Origin: an uncultured bacterium
GTDB lineage: Bacteria; JAJVIF01; JAPKYR01
Assembly (NCBI GenBank): GCA_965369865.1
Contig: CBDURU010000014.1
Location: forward strand, 1 to 51,230
DNA length: 51,230 nucleotides
Reading direction: 5' to 3'
Shown here: in pieces, positions 28,022 through 37,481 of the stretch
Layout: every line of letters begins with the position of its first letter
How positions within the stretch are numbered: position 1 is the stretch's first letter
Made by a program: the position numbers and the translations under genes
Notes under the pieces: model-generated
What the model saw: only the letters and a program-made list of their open reading frames with translations
Told to the model about the DNA's origin: nothing
Databases searched by the model: none

Positions 28022-29257
28022 TTGACACCGTTACCATTTTTTAATGTCGCACCGAAACGCTCGCTTGGCATCCATGTCGGACCGGCGCAGGTAAAGCTGG
28101 TCGAAATGGAGCGGGGGAAACAGCCAACGATAAATAATATCCTATGGGAAGCTACACCTCCGGAAGCATATGTGGGCAACCGGCTTGAAAACCCGTCCGC
28201 ACTTGCCTCGACACTTATCAGGATGCTTCAAGGCAACAGGATCAAAACCAAGCATACGATTTCATCGGTGGATGGAAGCGAGGTTATCGCACGTACTATC
28301 ACCCTTCCGAATATGCCGATACGGGAGCTCCGAAAGGCGATCCTGTTTGAGACCGAGGCGTCCCTTCCAGCCGGCACGGGGGATACGGTGCTTGATTACT
28401 CCATTCAGAGGACCTTTACAAGCGAAGACGATAGCTCTGAGAAGGTTGAAGTTCTGATCCTCTCAGCCCAGAAACAACCCCTCGGATTACTGGTTGAAGC
28501 TTTCCTGGAGGCTGGGCTAAGACCCTTCGCGCTTGACCTTACACCTCTTGCCGCACATCGAGCCGAGAAAAGATCACCCCTGATTACCGAGAGGGGTACC
28601 GACTATATACAAATCACAATTAACGACAAATGCACCGACCTTTCAATAATATTTGAAGGAGAAGTGAGGCTGATACGTTCCATACCGATCGGAAGCGTCG
28701 GTTTCGTGGACGCCCTTGGCGAAAGGCATCTGTTCGATGCCGGCCTGGATATGGGTGGAGGATACAAGAAAACTGACGAGGTCAGCGACGTAACTGCCGA
28801 TGATGCGGGCGAAGAAGATATGGGAATAACCGCCCGTGATGAAGAAGATCTTGAATTTGGTGCGTTTGGAGAGGATCCGTTCTCCGCTGAATTATCAGCT
28901 CTGACGGATGAATCGCTCTCACATGAATCAGGGATGGAAGTAGACGAATTAGTCAAACTGAATCCACTAATAACGGAGCTTGTTGATGAGACCCTGAACA
29001 CGATCAGGTACGGTCAGTCATTTGGCAAAGAGCGATCCGAGATCGGGTTCTGTGTGATGAACGGTTATTTCCCATACGGTAATATTTTCGTTAAATCCAT
29101 ATCCGACAAGCTGGGAATACCGGTTATACAGGGGGATCCTTTCTCCGACCTCGTACTCCCTGCGAGCGGATACAAGGAAGACCTGGTTAATTATTTCGCC
29201 CCTGACTTCAGTGTTGCTGTGGGCCTTGCATTGAGGGGGATACACCAGTTTGGATAA
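28022..29257 (+). CDS. pilM: Type IV pilus assembly protein PilM
   Basis: Actin-like: VKLVE, VIARTITLP, VLDYSI, IRSIPIG and C-terminal FSVAVGLALRG; first gene of the MNOPQ block. Confidence 0.92.
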   Translation: MTPLPFFNVAPKRSLGIHVGPAQVKLVEMERGKQPTINNILWEATPPEAYVGNRLENPSALASTLIRMLQGNRIKTKHTISSVDGSEVIARTITLPNMPIRELRKAILFETEASLPAGTGDTVLDYSIQRTFTSEDDSSEKVEVLILSAQKQPLGLLVEAFLEAGLRPFALDLTPLAAHRAEKRSPLITERGTDYIQITINDKCTDLSIIFEGEVRLIRSIPIGSVGFVDALGERHLFDAGLDMGGGYKKTDEVSDVTADDAGEEDMGITARDEEDLEFGAFGEDPFSAELSALTDESLSHESGMEVDELVKLNPLITELVDETLNTIRYGQSFGKERSEIGFCVMNGYFPYGNIFVKSISDKLGIPVIQGDPFSDLVLPASGYKEDLVNYFAPDFSVAVGLALRGIHQFG

Positions 29258-29900
29258 AGACAGACTGATTAACCTGCTGCCCGAGGAGTATCTTCCGGAA
29301 CCGGAATTCAAAGCGTTCCCGATATTTGCCGCGGCCCTGATAATCCTGACAATTCTGTTCGTCTACACGAGTTACCAGAGAGATCGACTCATGATTCAGG
29401 AAGTGACGACGGATTACAATGCTATCGAACAGAGGATAACCGGGAAAGCAGGCCAAGCCATGCCGTTCGTTGATATCCAGGCGAACGCCCGTTTCATCTC
29501 GAGTTATTTCGGGATAATCCCGAGCATGGTCCTTCGGTCCCCTGACTACTGGGAGATTTACAGTGAAGTAGAACGGCTGCTGCCTGAAAGTACCTGGGTA
29601 CAGAGCCTTCAGTTCAGGGGTGGCGCAGGGGGCTGGCCCAGCCTGCATATTAACTTCCTGTCGAAAGGATATTCTTTCGAAGGTCCCCTGGCGACATACG
29701 ATGCGTTTCTTGGAAAACCGGGCGAGCCGCCTACCCGTTTCCGTGCTCTTCAGATGGGCGGGTACCAGCGAGCCAGGGTTGCAGGAGGCGCTGGGGCAAG
29801 TTTTACGATCCGAATGCAAACAAACATGCCAACAACCATGAGAATTGAAGACAAGGGAATACAAGAAGAAGAAGATGAACCTCAAGGTGATGAAAGATAG
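29250..29900 (+). CDS. pilN: PilN-like protein
   Basis: N-terminal INLLP PilM-binding motif, TM helix, coiled coil, LLPESTWVQSL. Confidence 0.88.
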   Translation: MDKDRLINLLPEEYLPEPEFKAFPIFAAALIILTILFVYTSYQRDRLMIQEVTTDYNAIEQRITGKAGQAMPFVDIQANARFISSYFGIIPSMVLRSPDYWEIYSEVERLLPESTWVQSLQFRGGAGGWPSLHINFLSKGYSFEGPLATYDAFLGKPGEPPTRFRALQMGGYQRARVAGGAGASFTIRMQTNMPTTMRIEDKGIQEEEDEPQGDER

Positions 29901-29925
29901 AGACGTGGAGGTGCAGTCTCAATAA

Positions 29926-30813
29926 GTGAATGCTTACGCGAAAATAGCGATCAAAATTGCGATAGTAATCGTAATTTGCTTTGTTGTTATTGTCGGATAC
30001 AATGCCCTTTACCATAAACGGTTCGTGGCAATGGCCGAAAAAAAGAGCAGCGAGATCGAAATCGGCTTACAGATCGAGCAGAGTCTGGATTCACTGCTCG
30101 AATATGATGACATTCTGCCCCAGATTCGTCATGTGCAACTCCAGGATATAGCGACCATTCGTAACTTAATACCGGATGCCCAGGATTTCGTGCTTACAAG
30201 CTATCTTCGGAGAATTCACAACATGATCTCCGACAACCATCTGGATACGGGTGGAATCGTAATTCGAGGTACTGCGGCACCTTATGGAGGGGTTGATTTC
30301 GATCAGGCGTTCGCGCAGGATCCGATGGGTCTGATTTCCGATCTGGCATCATTTACCGGAGCCCTCAACGACTTTGAAGAGCACATGGGCGAAATGAATA
30401 ACCTGCTGGTTTCTTACCAGTTCTATAACAGGATTTCGTCGGGTGCTGAAAATTTCGCGGCAATCGCAGGCGGAATTGAAACCCACATATTCAACCTTTC
30501 AGTACGCGGTTCATACGAAGACATCAAGAAATTCACTTTTGAAATATTTAATATGAGACCGACGACGGCACTGACGGATTTCCAAATGTCTCCCCAGGGT
30601 GCGGGATTCGGCCCTACCCGGCAGTATTCCGCAAGTTTCAAGCTCGTAACTTATGGAGACGCCAGCAGCCCGCCGCCATTATGGGCCCACTACAGATTGG
30701 GGCTTATCGGGTACGGCGCCGTACCGGAAGATGATGTTGACACTGTAGATGCGGTTACGGAAAACAGCGGGAGTGAAGGTGGAAATCATAATGAGGAGGA
30801 GGCCGAAGCTTAA
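29926..30813 (+). CDS. pilO: PilO-like protein
   Basis: TM helix plus coiled coil, LIP, LSVRGSYEDIKKFTFEI..M; position after pilN. Confidence 0.82.
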   Translation: MNAYAKIAIKIAIVIVICFVVIVGYNALYHKRFVAMAEKKSSEIEIGLQIEQSLDSLLEYDDILPQIRHVQLQDIATIRNLIPDAQDFVLTSYLRRIHNMISDNHLDTGGIVIRGTAAPYGGVDFDQAFAQDPMGLISDLASFTGALNDFEEHMGEMNNLLVSYQFYNRISSGAENFAAIAGGIETHIFNLSVRGSYEDIKKFTFEIFNMRPTTALTDFQMSPQGAGFGPTRQYSASFKLVTYGDASSPPPLWAHYRLGLIGYGAVPEDDVDTVDAVTENSGSEGGNHNEEEAEA

Positions 30814-30844
30814 AGGCCTCCGGCATGATGCCGGTTGAGAGAAA

Positions 30845-31834
30845 ATGAAAAAACTCATTGACAAAATGCCGGGCTTAGGAGACGAGCTGAAGAGATTCGC
30901 ACCACATGCTGTTATCCTTGTTTTGTTTCTTTTAGGGACATTTATCATCTACTCGGGAAGTGCCCTGATTAATCCTGCCCGGGCACAGGTTGATCTCGGC
31001 AGGGTCGGTGAAGTTGTCACCGATACCGTGAGCGGGGCTGCCGCGGAACGAGCAGGCGAAGCCGCTGAGGCTGAACAGGAACTTGAAAGTCCAGCAGAGG
31101 TTGTTGAGGAAGTACCTGAAGAAGAACTCCCGCCACCGGAATCCATTGAAGTGGAACCAGAGGAACAAGAGATCACCGAGGAACAGGAAAGATCGATCAT
31201 CGCGCAATACTATACTTCTTCCGAAGGTATTGGCGGTAAGAATTTTAGAGACCTGAACGATTTTGAGCTTCGTCAGAATCTGGACGATATAATTACCATG
31301 ATTTTTGGTGCATCCAATGAAGCCGCAGTCAGCGGTTTGCTCCCGATATTCCAGCGGTTTCAAATTATGGTCAGTACACCTGATAAACAGATAGATGACT
31401 GGGTCCAGCCACCCTGGGATTCAGGGGCACGGCGATACAGTCCATTCGATCCGCCAGGAATTGCAGGTGCTCCACCTATTGGTATCAGACCGGTTCCACC
31501 ATTTCTAAACCCACTGGGACCAGGTGTAGATACAAGACCAGATCCGGTACCAACCGCTCGACAGATTGCCCAGCTTACCGTGTTAAAGGGTGTCATGGGT
31601 GAACCGGGTTCGTATTTCGCGATCCTGATACCACCGGATGGGCGAGCCGAAATCAGGGTTACCGAAGGTGATTCAATTGCCACCTGGCCGATCGGCGATA
31701 CACCTGCGAATTACATCATTACCGAAATTACCCTGAGCGGCGTTAAAATTATTAATGAATCCAGGCCCGCTGAAGTTGGACTGATCTATTTCAGAGCCAG
31801 GACCGGAATGCCCGAAATTTCAATATCGTATTAA
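30845..31834 (+). CDS. pilP: PilP-like protein (TM-anchored, acidic linker, C-terminal HR-like domain)
   Basis: RYSPF...LKGVMG...AIL...VTEGDSI...ITEIT pattern; lies between pilO and pilQ; no lipobox seen. Confidence 0.65.
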   Translation: MKKLIDKMPGLGDELKRFAPHAVILVLFLLGTFIIYSGSALINPARAQVDLGRVGEVVTDTVSGAAAERAGEAAEAEQELESPAEVVEEVPEEELPPPESIEVEPEEQEITEEQERSIIAQYYTSSEGIGGKNFRDLNDFELRQNLDDIITMIFGASNEAAVSGLLPIFQRFQIMVSTPDKQIDDWVQPPWDSGARRYSPFDPPGIAGAPPIGIRPVPPFLNPLGPGVDTRPDPVPTARQIAQLTVLKGVMGEPGSYFAILIPPDGRAEIRVTEGDSIATWPIGDTPANYIITEITLSGVKIINESRPAEVGLIYFRARTGMPEISISY

Positions 31835-31956
31835 TTTCGGGAACTTGAATGGAAAAAAATTATACTTGAGATAAAGCTTTAAATTTGTGCCATATATTTC
31901 ATAGACATAGCAGTAAGCATAACGCATGAAAGCTATCAGGGAGCTAAATCCATCTG

Positions 31957-34900
31957 ATGAGAATCGCGCGACAACCTGGAAGCAATAACAAAAAAAATAT
32001 GAGAGGTTTTGCCCTCTTCTTTGTCCTGCTCTTGATAACACCCCTGACAATACTCAGGGCTGAAGAACCTGCAGGACCATCGGAGGTGAGCACGGTAGAT
32101 ATCGAAGTAACCTCCCAGGCGGTGGTTATTAACCTTGCCATATCCGAACCGGCAGGGGTCAGGTCGTTTAACCTGACGTCACCTGGAAGGATCGTTTTCG
32201 ATATCGAAAATGCTGTGCTGGCACTCGATACTGAAGCAGTCACTCTATGGGAAAGTCCGATGGACGGGATTGTCGATCTGACTATCATGCAATTCTCTCT
32301 CGACCCCCCCGTAGTGAGGATCGTTGCCGGAATATCAGATCCGGTACTCCAATCGGATCGAATGTCCACGCTCGATACTATCAGCCTGGCAGTCTACGCG
32401 GGTGAGAGCCCGTTCAGTGAAGACATTGGTCCAGGCGCTCCACCGGAACAGCTTAAACCGATAATTGAGCGTTTCTGGCATGAAGCGACCGAAGCCGGCG
32501 AGGACAGGTTTGTAATCGAGTTTTCATTCGGAGTTGTTCTTCCCCAGGTTCGAATCGAAAGCCCTACTGTACTGCTCCTCAGATTCCCCGGCGCCGATGT
32601 CCTTCTGCCAGCGTCGAGTCCCGATAATTTCGCTACATCGGTCAGCGGGGTACTTGTCCAGCGAATGCGTGCGGAGCGTCATTTTGAAAATGGGGAAATA
32701 GTAACCGAGATAAGACTGACCGTACCGAATACAAATGTGTTAAGTTACACTCTCAGCACATTTTCAGATGATTCAATCGAACTTATCATGTTCGCGGAAG
32801 AAATTCCCGAACCTGTAATAGAACCGGTTCCGGAAGAGCTTGAAATTGTTGAGCGGGAACCGACGCCTGTACCGATAGAGGGCGGCGAGATCATGGTTCT
32901 CGCGTCATCCGAAGACATACCTGTTATGCCGGATGCACCGATTCGCATTACCAGGGTACAGTTCCAGACACTGGACTCGGAAACCGACCGTTATTACGTC
33001 TATTTCGAAGGCGGAAACCTTGAACCCCATATTCAGAGGTTCAATTATCCGACAAGGGTCGCCCTTTACTTCCCGGATGCCGCTGTAGTCCTTCCGGAAT
33101 CCGCTGCTGGACGATTCCAGGTGGCTGTCCACGGCGCGGTTACCGATGAACTGAAAGTATTCAATCGTGTGATCGAGGATGCAGGCCCTGAGAGCCAGTT
33201 TATTTTCTACTTCCCGGGATATGACCAGGAGAATATCGGATTTTCGGTTGATTATGTCGAGACAGGTTTAATGCACATCGATTTCTACAGGACCGCTGTC
33301 CCGATAGATATCGAAGCGCCTGTTGAAGTTAATCTGAGTATCGACCAGCCGGCACCCACTCCCGAGGTTACAGAAGAGCCTGAAATGATCGAAGGCCCGG
33401 TGGTATTGGAACTCACGGAGACTGAGAGTACACTGCCTCCTGAATTTCTACAATCGGACACGCCTGCCATCATAGTAGCCAGTGGGGAAGTGGTCGATGG
33501 GGTCGTCAAATTCAGGATTAACACCTCCGAACCGTTACCCCAGCCGCAATGGGTTGAATATCATTATCCGGACCGTCTTGGACTCAGGTTCCCGTACGCC
33601 GATGTACAGCTTCTTGAAGCGGCCCCGGGAATTTGTTCCTCATACACTCACATTCGGGCTGTGCCGCTTGTCAGGGCGATCATGAAGGATCGTGAGGACG
33701 AGCAGCACACGACGATTACTTTTACCCTTGAGGGGTCGATTGAGGATTATTTCAGGAATGTCGAGGAAATCGGGTCGGGATACATGGTAACTTTTTCTTA
33801 CAACCCGATCCCTGCCGGACATGAAATTAATGAGGAACCGGTTACACCTGAAATTGTGGAACCTGTCCTTGTTGAAGAGCCGGTTGAGGCAGTTGAACCG
33901 GTTATCGTAGAACCTGTACTGATTGAACCGGTACTGGTATCTGAACCTGAAATTCCTGTCATCACAGTAGCCAGTGGGGAAGTGTTCGATGGTGTCATCA
34001 AATTCAGGATTAACACCACCGAACCGTTACCCCTGCCGCAATGGGTTGAATATCATTATCCCGATCGACTTGGACTCAGATTCCCGTACGCCGATGTGCA
34101 GCTTCTCGATGCGGCACCGGGAATTTATTCGAGATACACCCATATACAGGATGTGCCTCTAGTACGGGCAATCATAAAGGATCGTGATGGTGAGCAGCAC
34201 ACGACAGTCGTGTGGACACTCAAAGGAAAGATCGACGAATACAGCGTTGGAATCGAGCAGGAAGGTACAAGTTACATCGTCACATTCAATTATACTCCCG
34301 GACAGGTGCCCGAACCGGTAATGGAAGAGCCGATGATCATCGAACCTGCTCCTCCTGTAATTACCGAACCGGAACCTGAACTGATTGCAGAGGAGCCTGA
34401 AGTTGAGGTCCCGGGCATACCGGTAGCTCCCGAAGTCCCGCCGTTCCAGGAACCTGAACCCGGTGTCATGCCGATGATTACGGTCACAGGTGGTGCAGTA
34501 ACAGGCAACCGGATTACGTTCAATATAACGACATCCGTTTTGATGCCTATCCCGGAATGGGTTGAATATCGCTATCCCGACCGTCTTGGCCTTCTTTTCC
34601 AAATTTCCGATGTATCGCTACTTGGCGATGAGGACGCAATCACGGTCAATACAAATATTGAAATGGTTCCGATGATCCGTGCGATCGTAAAGGATCGTCC
34701 GAACGAACAGAACACGACAATCACATTCACGCTGATGGGATCGCTCGATGAATACAACGGTGAGATCGAATGGGACGGACACGATATCCTTGTCATATTC
34801 AACTATGAGCCGATCGTACCGGAAGAACCCGTTATCGAGCCCGAACCCGAAATCCCTGCTGTCACAACCGAACCTGAAATTGTAGAGGTTGAAGTTGAAG

Positions 34901-36786
34901 TTGAAATTGTAGAAGAAGAAGTTGAGGTTGAAGTTGAAGTTGAAGAAGAAGTTGAGGTACAGGATATCAGGATCATAGAAGTTGAGACAGACAAGCCCGA
35001 AGCAGGGGAATTTGAGGGGATATCGATAACAGGGATCGATTTCGAGACCGGTGAAACAGGTGATATTATCCGGTTGACAGCGAATGGCTGGATCGGAGAC
35101 TGGGAAATCACACCTGCAAATTTCCCATCCAAATTGGTAGTCAAAATCCCGAATTCCCGTCCAATCTTTACTAATGGCGACCTTGCCAGGTATGACATTC
35201 GGGTTGACGGAGATGTGGTCACGCAGTTTGTCGCAAACGCAACAGTCAGTCAGGACGTTTCCTACACGATCCTGATGATATACGCTCATAACACTGAAAC
35301 AGCCCAGATGCTCGATTACGAAGTACAATCTGATCATGACGGCATGGCAATCGCTGTTTTCATGAAAGGCGCCGAAAGCCCCTTAGAAGAAGCGGATCAT
35401 TTGGTCATGGCGGAAGATCTCGAGCCCGAGAGAGTTGGTGAAGAACCTGAAGCACGGATACTCGATCACCTTCCCGAACCAACCGCGGTACGTGAAGTTG
35501 AGGGTCTGGATGAGCTTGAAGATGTAGAAATTGATGAAGGCGAAGTAGAAGACGGGCCAAAGATAAGTATGAGGCTTGAGGACGCGGATATACGTTCGGT
35601 CCTCCAGATGATCGCGGAAGAGACGGCAATGGACATTATGATCACCGAATCAGTCCAGGGAACCGTTACAATCAGCCTCACCGATATCCCAAGGGACGAA
35701 CTACTTGAGTTACTCGGCGATCAGCACGGCTTCACATATTTTATTAGGAATGGTGTTTATATTTTTGGCAATCCGCAGAAACTCCAGGCTGATTTTGGAG
35801 AGCTGTTTAAGAAATGGTATGTAGAGCTGAGTTATGCCGATCCGGACCAGGTCAGGAGTATCATCACAGGGATGGGGATACTTACAACCACGCAGGTGGT
35901 AATCTATCGCGGTCAGGGGGGGGCATTAGGTTTTATCGCAACTCCCGTGATGATTCTTTACGGAGAACGCCGCGACCTTGAACGAGCCTACCAGGTCATA
36001 GCGTCTATCGACCAGCCGCCGGTAATGATCCAGATTCACTTCCAGATTCTGAACACATCACTTACAGATAACCGTAACTTTGGTTTTAATATCAATGCCG
36101 GTACGGGTACGGGAGAAACCAACCTTCTATTCAGGGAGACAGGATCCATGAATCCGAATCTTGGACCTTTCCCTCAGGGTTTACGCCGTACGGAACCCGC
36201 ATATGTAATAAATGTCGCCATCAATTACCTCCTTGAAGAGGGTTACGCAGAGCTTGTGAACAGTTCGACACTGACGGTTGCCAACAACCAGAACGGCAAC
36301 CTGTTCATCGGTGAGAATATTCCATACCGATCGACCTACCAGGTGAGCGAACTCGGACGAGTAACCCAGCGGGTATCAACACAGTCTGTCGGTCTCACGC
36401 TGAACTTCCGTCCACATTCCAATCCTGACGGGACGGTAACGATCAACCTGTCGCCATCGAACTCCAACCTGCTCGAGCTTACCGACATAGGTCCGAGAAC
36501 CGTCGACCAGAACTTCACAACGACGGTACGGGTGAATGATGGTGAACCGTTTATAATCGGCGGGTTTATAAGGAATGAAGAGCGAGTGAACTATGACCGG
36601 TTCCCGTTCCTCTCAGAGCTTCCGCTGCTTGGACATCTGTTCCGCAATCGCCAGGTTCTGAATTCCAAGAGCGAGTTGATATTCGTATGTACGCCGACAG
36701 TAATATATCCTTCAAGACATCCATTGCGAGTCTGGACGGATGACGAATTCGCAGGCCCTATGCCGTTCGATGAGAGGCCTTATTAA
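31957..36786 (+). CDS. pilQ: Very large PilQ secretin with about 7 AMIN-like domains
   Basis: AMIN pattern FNLTSPGRIVFDIENA; N0 ISMRLEDADIRSVL...VQGTVTISL; IDQPPVMIQI; VGLTL..P; GEPFIIGGF...FPFLSELPLLGHLFR...SELIF..TP. Confidence 0.93.
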   Translation: MRIARQPGSNNKKNMRGFALFFVLLLITPLTILRAEEPAGPSEVSTVDIEVTSQAVVINLAISEPAGVRSFNLTSPGRIVFDIENAVLALDTEAVTLWESPMDGIVDLTIMQFSLDPPVVRIVAGISDPVLQSDRMSTLDTISLAVYAGESPFSEDIGPGAPPEQLKPIIERFWHEATEAGEDRFVIEFSFGVVLPQVRIESPTVLLLRFPGADVLLPASSPDNFATSVSGVLVQRMRAERHFENGEIVTEIRLTVPNTNVLSYTLSTFSDDSIELIMFAEEIPEPVIEPVPEELEIVEREPTPVPIEGGEIMVLASSEDIPVMPDAPIRITRVQFQTLDSETDRYYVYFEGGNLEPHIQRFNYPTRVALYFPDAAVVLPESAAGRFQVAVHGAVTDELKVFNRVIEDAGPESQFIFYFPGYDQENIGFSVDYVETGLMHIDFYRTAVPIDIEAPVEVNLSIDQPAPTPEVTEEPEMIEGPVVLELTETESTLPPEFLQSDTPAIIVASGEVVDGVVKFRINTSEPLPQPQWVEYHYPDRLGLRFPYADVQLLEAAPGICSSYTHIRAVPLVRAIMKDREDEQHTTITFTLEGSIEDYFRNVEEIGSGYMVTFSYNPIPAGHEINEEPVTPEIVEPVLVEEPVEAVEPVIVEPVLIEPVLVSEPEIPVITVASGEVFDGVIKFRINTTEPLPLPQWVEYHYPDRLGLRFPYADVQLLDAAPGIYSRYTHIQDVPLVRAIIKDRDGEQHTTVVWTLKGKIDEYSVGIEQEGTSYIVTFNYTPGQVPEPVMEEPMIIEPAPPVITEPEPELIAEEPEVEVPGIPVAPEVPPFQEPEPGVMPMITVTGGAVTGNRITFNITTSVLMPIPEWVEYRYPDRLGLLFQISDVSLLGDEDAITVNTNIEMVPMIRAIVKDRPNEQNTTITFTLMGSLDEYNGEIEWDGHDILVIFNYEPIVPEEPVIEPEPEIPAVTTEPEIVEVEVEVEIVEEEVEVEVEVEEEVEVQDIRIIEVETDKPEAGEFEGISITGIDFETGETGDIIRLTANGWIGDWEITPANFPSKLVVKIPNSRPIFTNGDLARYDIRVDGDVVTQFVANATVSQDVSYTILMIYAHNTETAQMLDYEVQSDHDGMAIAVFMKGAESPLEEADHLVMAEDLEPERVGEEPEARILDHLPEPTAVREVEGLDELEDVEIDEGEVEDGPKISMRLEDADIRSVLQMIAEETAMDIMITESVQGTVTISLTDIPRDELLELLGDQHGFTYFIRNGVYIFGNPQKLQADFGELFKKWYVELSYADPDQVRSIITGMGILTTTQVVIYRGQGGALGFIATPVMILYGERRDLERAYQVIASIDQPPVMIQIHFQILNTSLTDNRNFGFNINAGTGTGETNLLFRETGSMNPNLGPFPQGLRRTEPAYVINVAINYLLEEGYAELVNSSTLTVANNQNGNLFIGENIPYRSTYQVSELGRVTQRVSTQSVGLTLNFRPHSNPDGTVTINLSPSNSNLLELTDIGPRTVDQNFTTTVRVNDGEPFIIGGFIRNEERVNYDRFPFLSELPLLGHLFRNRQVLNSKSELIFVCTPTVIYPSRHPLRVWTDDEFAGPMPFDERPY
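33463..34205 (+). repeat. Intragenic ~250-bp direct duplication in pilQ (33463-33713 and 33955-34205)
   Basis: Colinear, highly similar DNA at a 492-bp offset (e.g. gtagccagtggggaagtg, caaattcaggattaacacc, gccgcaatgggttgaatatcattatcc); a third diverged copy lies near 34470-34810. Confidence 0.9.
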
Positions 36787-36835
36787 TATGTTAAAAAATA
36801 TACATGAGACAAAGCCAAAACATCGAGGTGTAAAA

Positions 36836-37405
36836 GTGAAATATAAATATGTGAAACTGGCTTTCCTTTTAATCCTGATTCCATTTCTCATGGGATGTAA
36901 TATTAAGCCCCAGGACCAATGGCCGGTTATTGCTTATGAAGAAGTTAACGCAAATTTTACGGTGTTAATGACCATTCCCGAGGATTTTCCTATCCCGTTT
37001 TTTACAATCGCTAAAGATAGTGTTGATATGACGATTGGAATCAGGTCTTACAACGCGAACCAGGGTTGGGATGTCAAGGTGGTTCTCGAGGATATAATTG
37101 TGCATTCCACTGACTGGGCGGATTTGGCCGCACCGATAGATGGCATAACGAATTTAGGAATAACCGAAACTTGCAGGCTCGAGAATGTTATCGGTGAATA
37201 TAAAAGTGGCAATCCACCACAAGGTATTTCTGAGATTAAAATCTATTACACCCCAGGCTGGCTCCCTCTTTCTTATAATGACTGGATCCAGGGAACCGTA
37301 AAGGTGAACCGCTATGAGTATTACTATGTTCTAATAATTGAAGACATGGGCGGTCTCACAGATTCATGGGAGTTTGTTATCGTCAGTACACTTGTAATAG
37401 CTTAA
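36836..37405 (+). CDS. Lipoprotein of unknown function downstream of pilQ
   Basis: GTG start after gagg gives MKYKYVKLAFLLILIPFLMGC lipobox; the ORF-track start (36740) overlaps pilQ. Confidence 0.7.
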   Translation: MKYKYVKLAFLLILIPFLMGCNIKPQDQWPVIAYEEVNANFTVLMTIPEDFPIPFFTIAKDSVDMTIGIRSYNANQGWDVKVVLEDIIVHSTDWADLAAPIDGITNLGITETCRLENVIGEYKSGNPPQGISEIKIYYTPGWLPLSYNDWIQGTVKVNRYEYYYVLIIEDMGGLTDSWEFVIVSTLVIA

Positions 37406-37481
37406 ATATCCAAAGAATTATAACGTTGGACCGTCTGCTGATCCGGTCTGCGAAACTAAGAAGCAGAGGAGATAATTCCCG

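Noticed and set aside
30820..30834. ccggcat-g-atgccgg palindrome between pilO and pilP
   Set aside because: Short, no U tract, single copy; cannot support a function
16060..36786. Type II secretion system
   Set aside because: PilM with INLLP-containing PilN, AMIN-bearing secretin and a PilT retraction ATPase indicate a type IVa pilus
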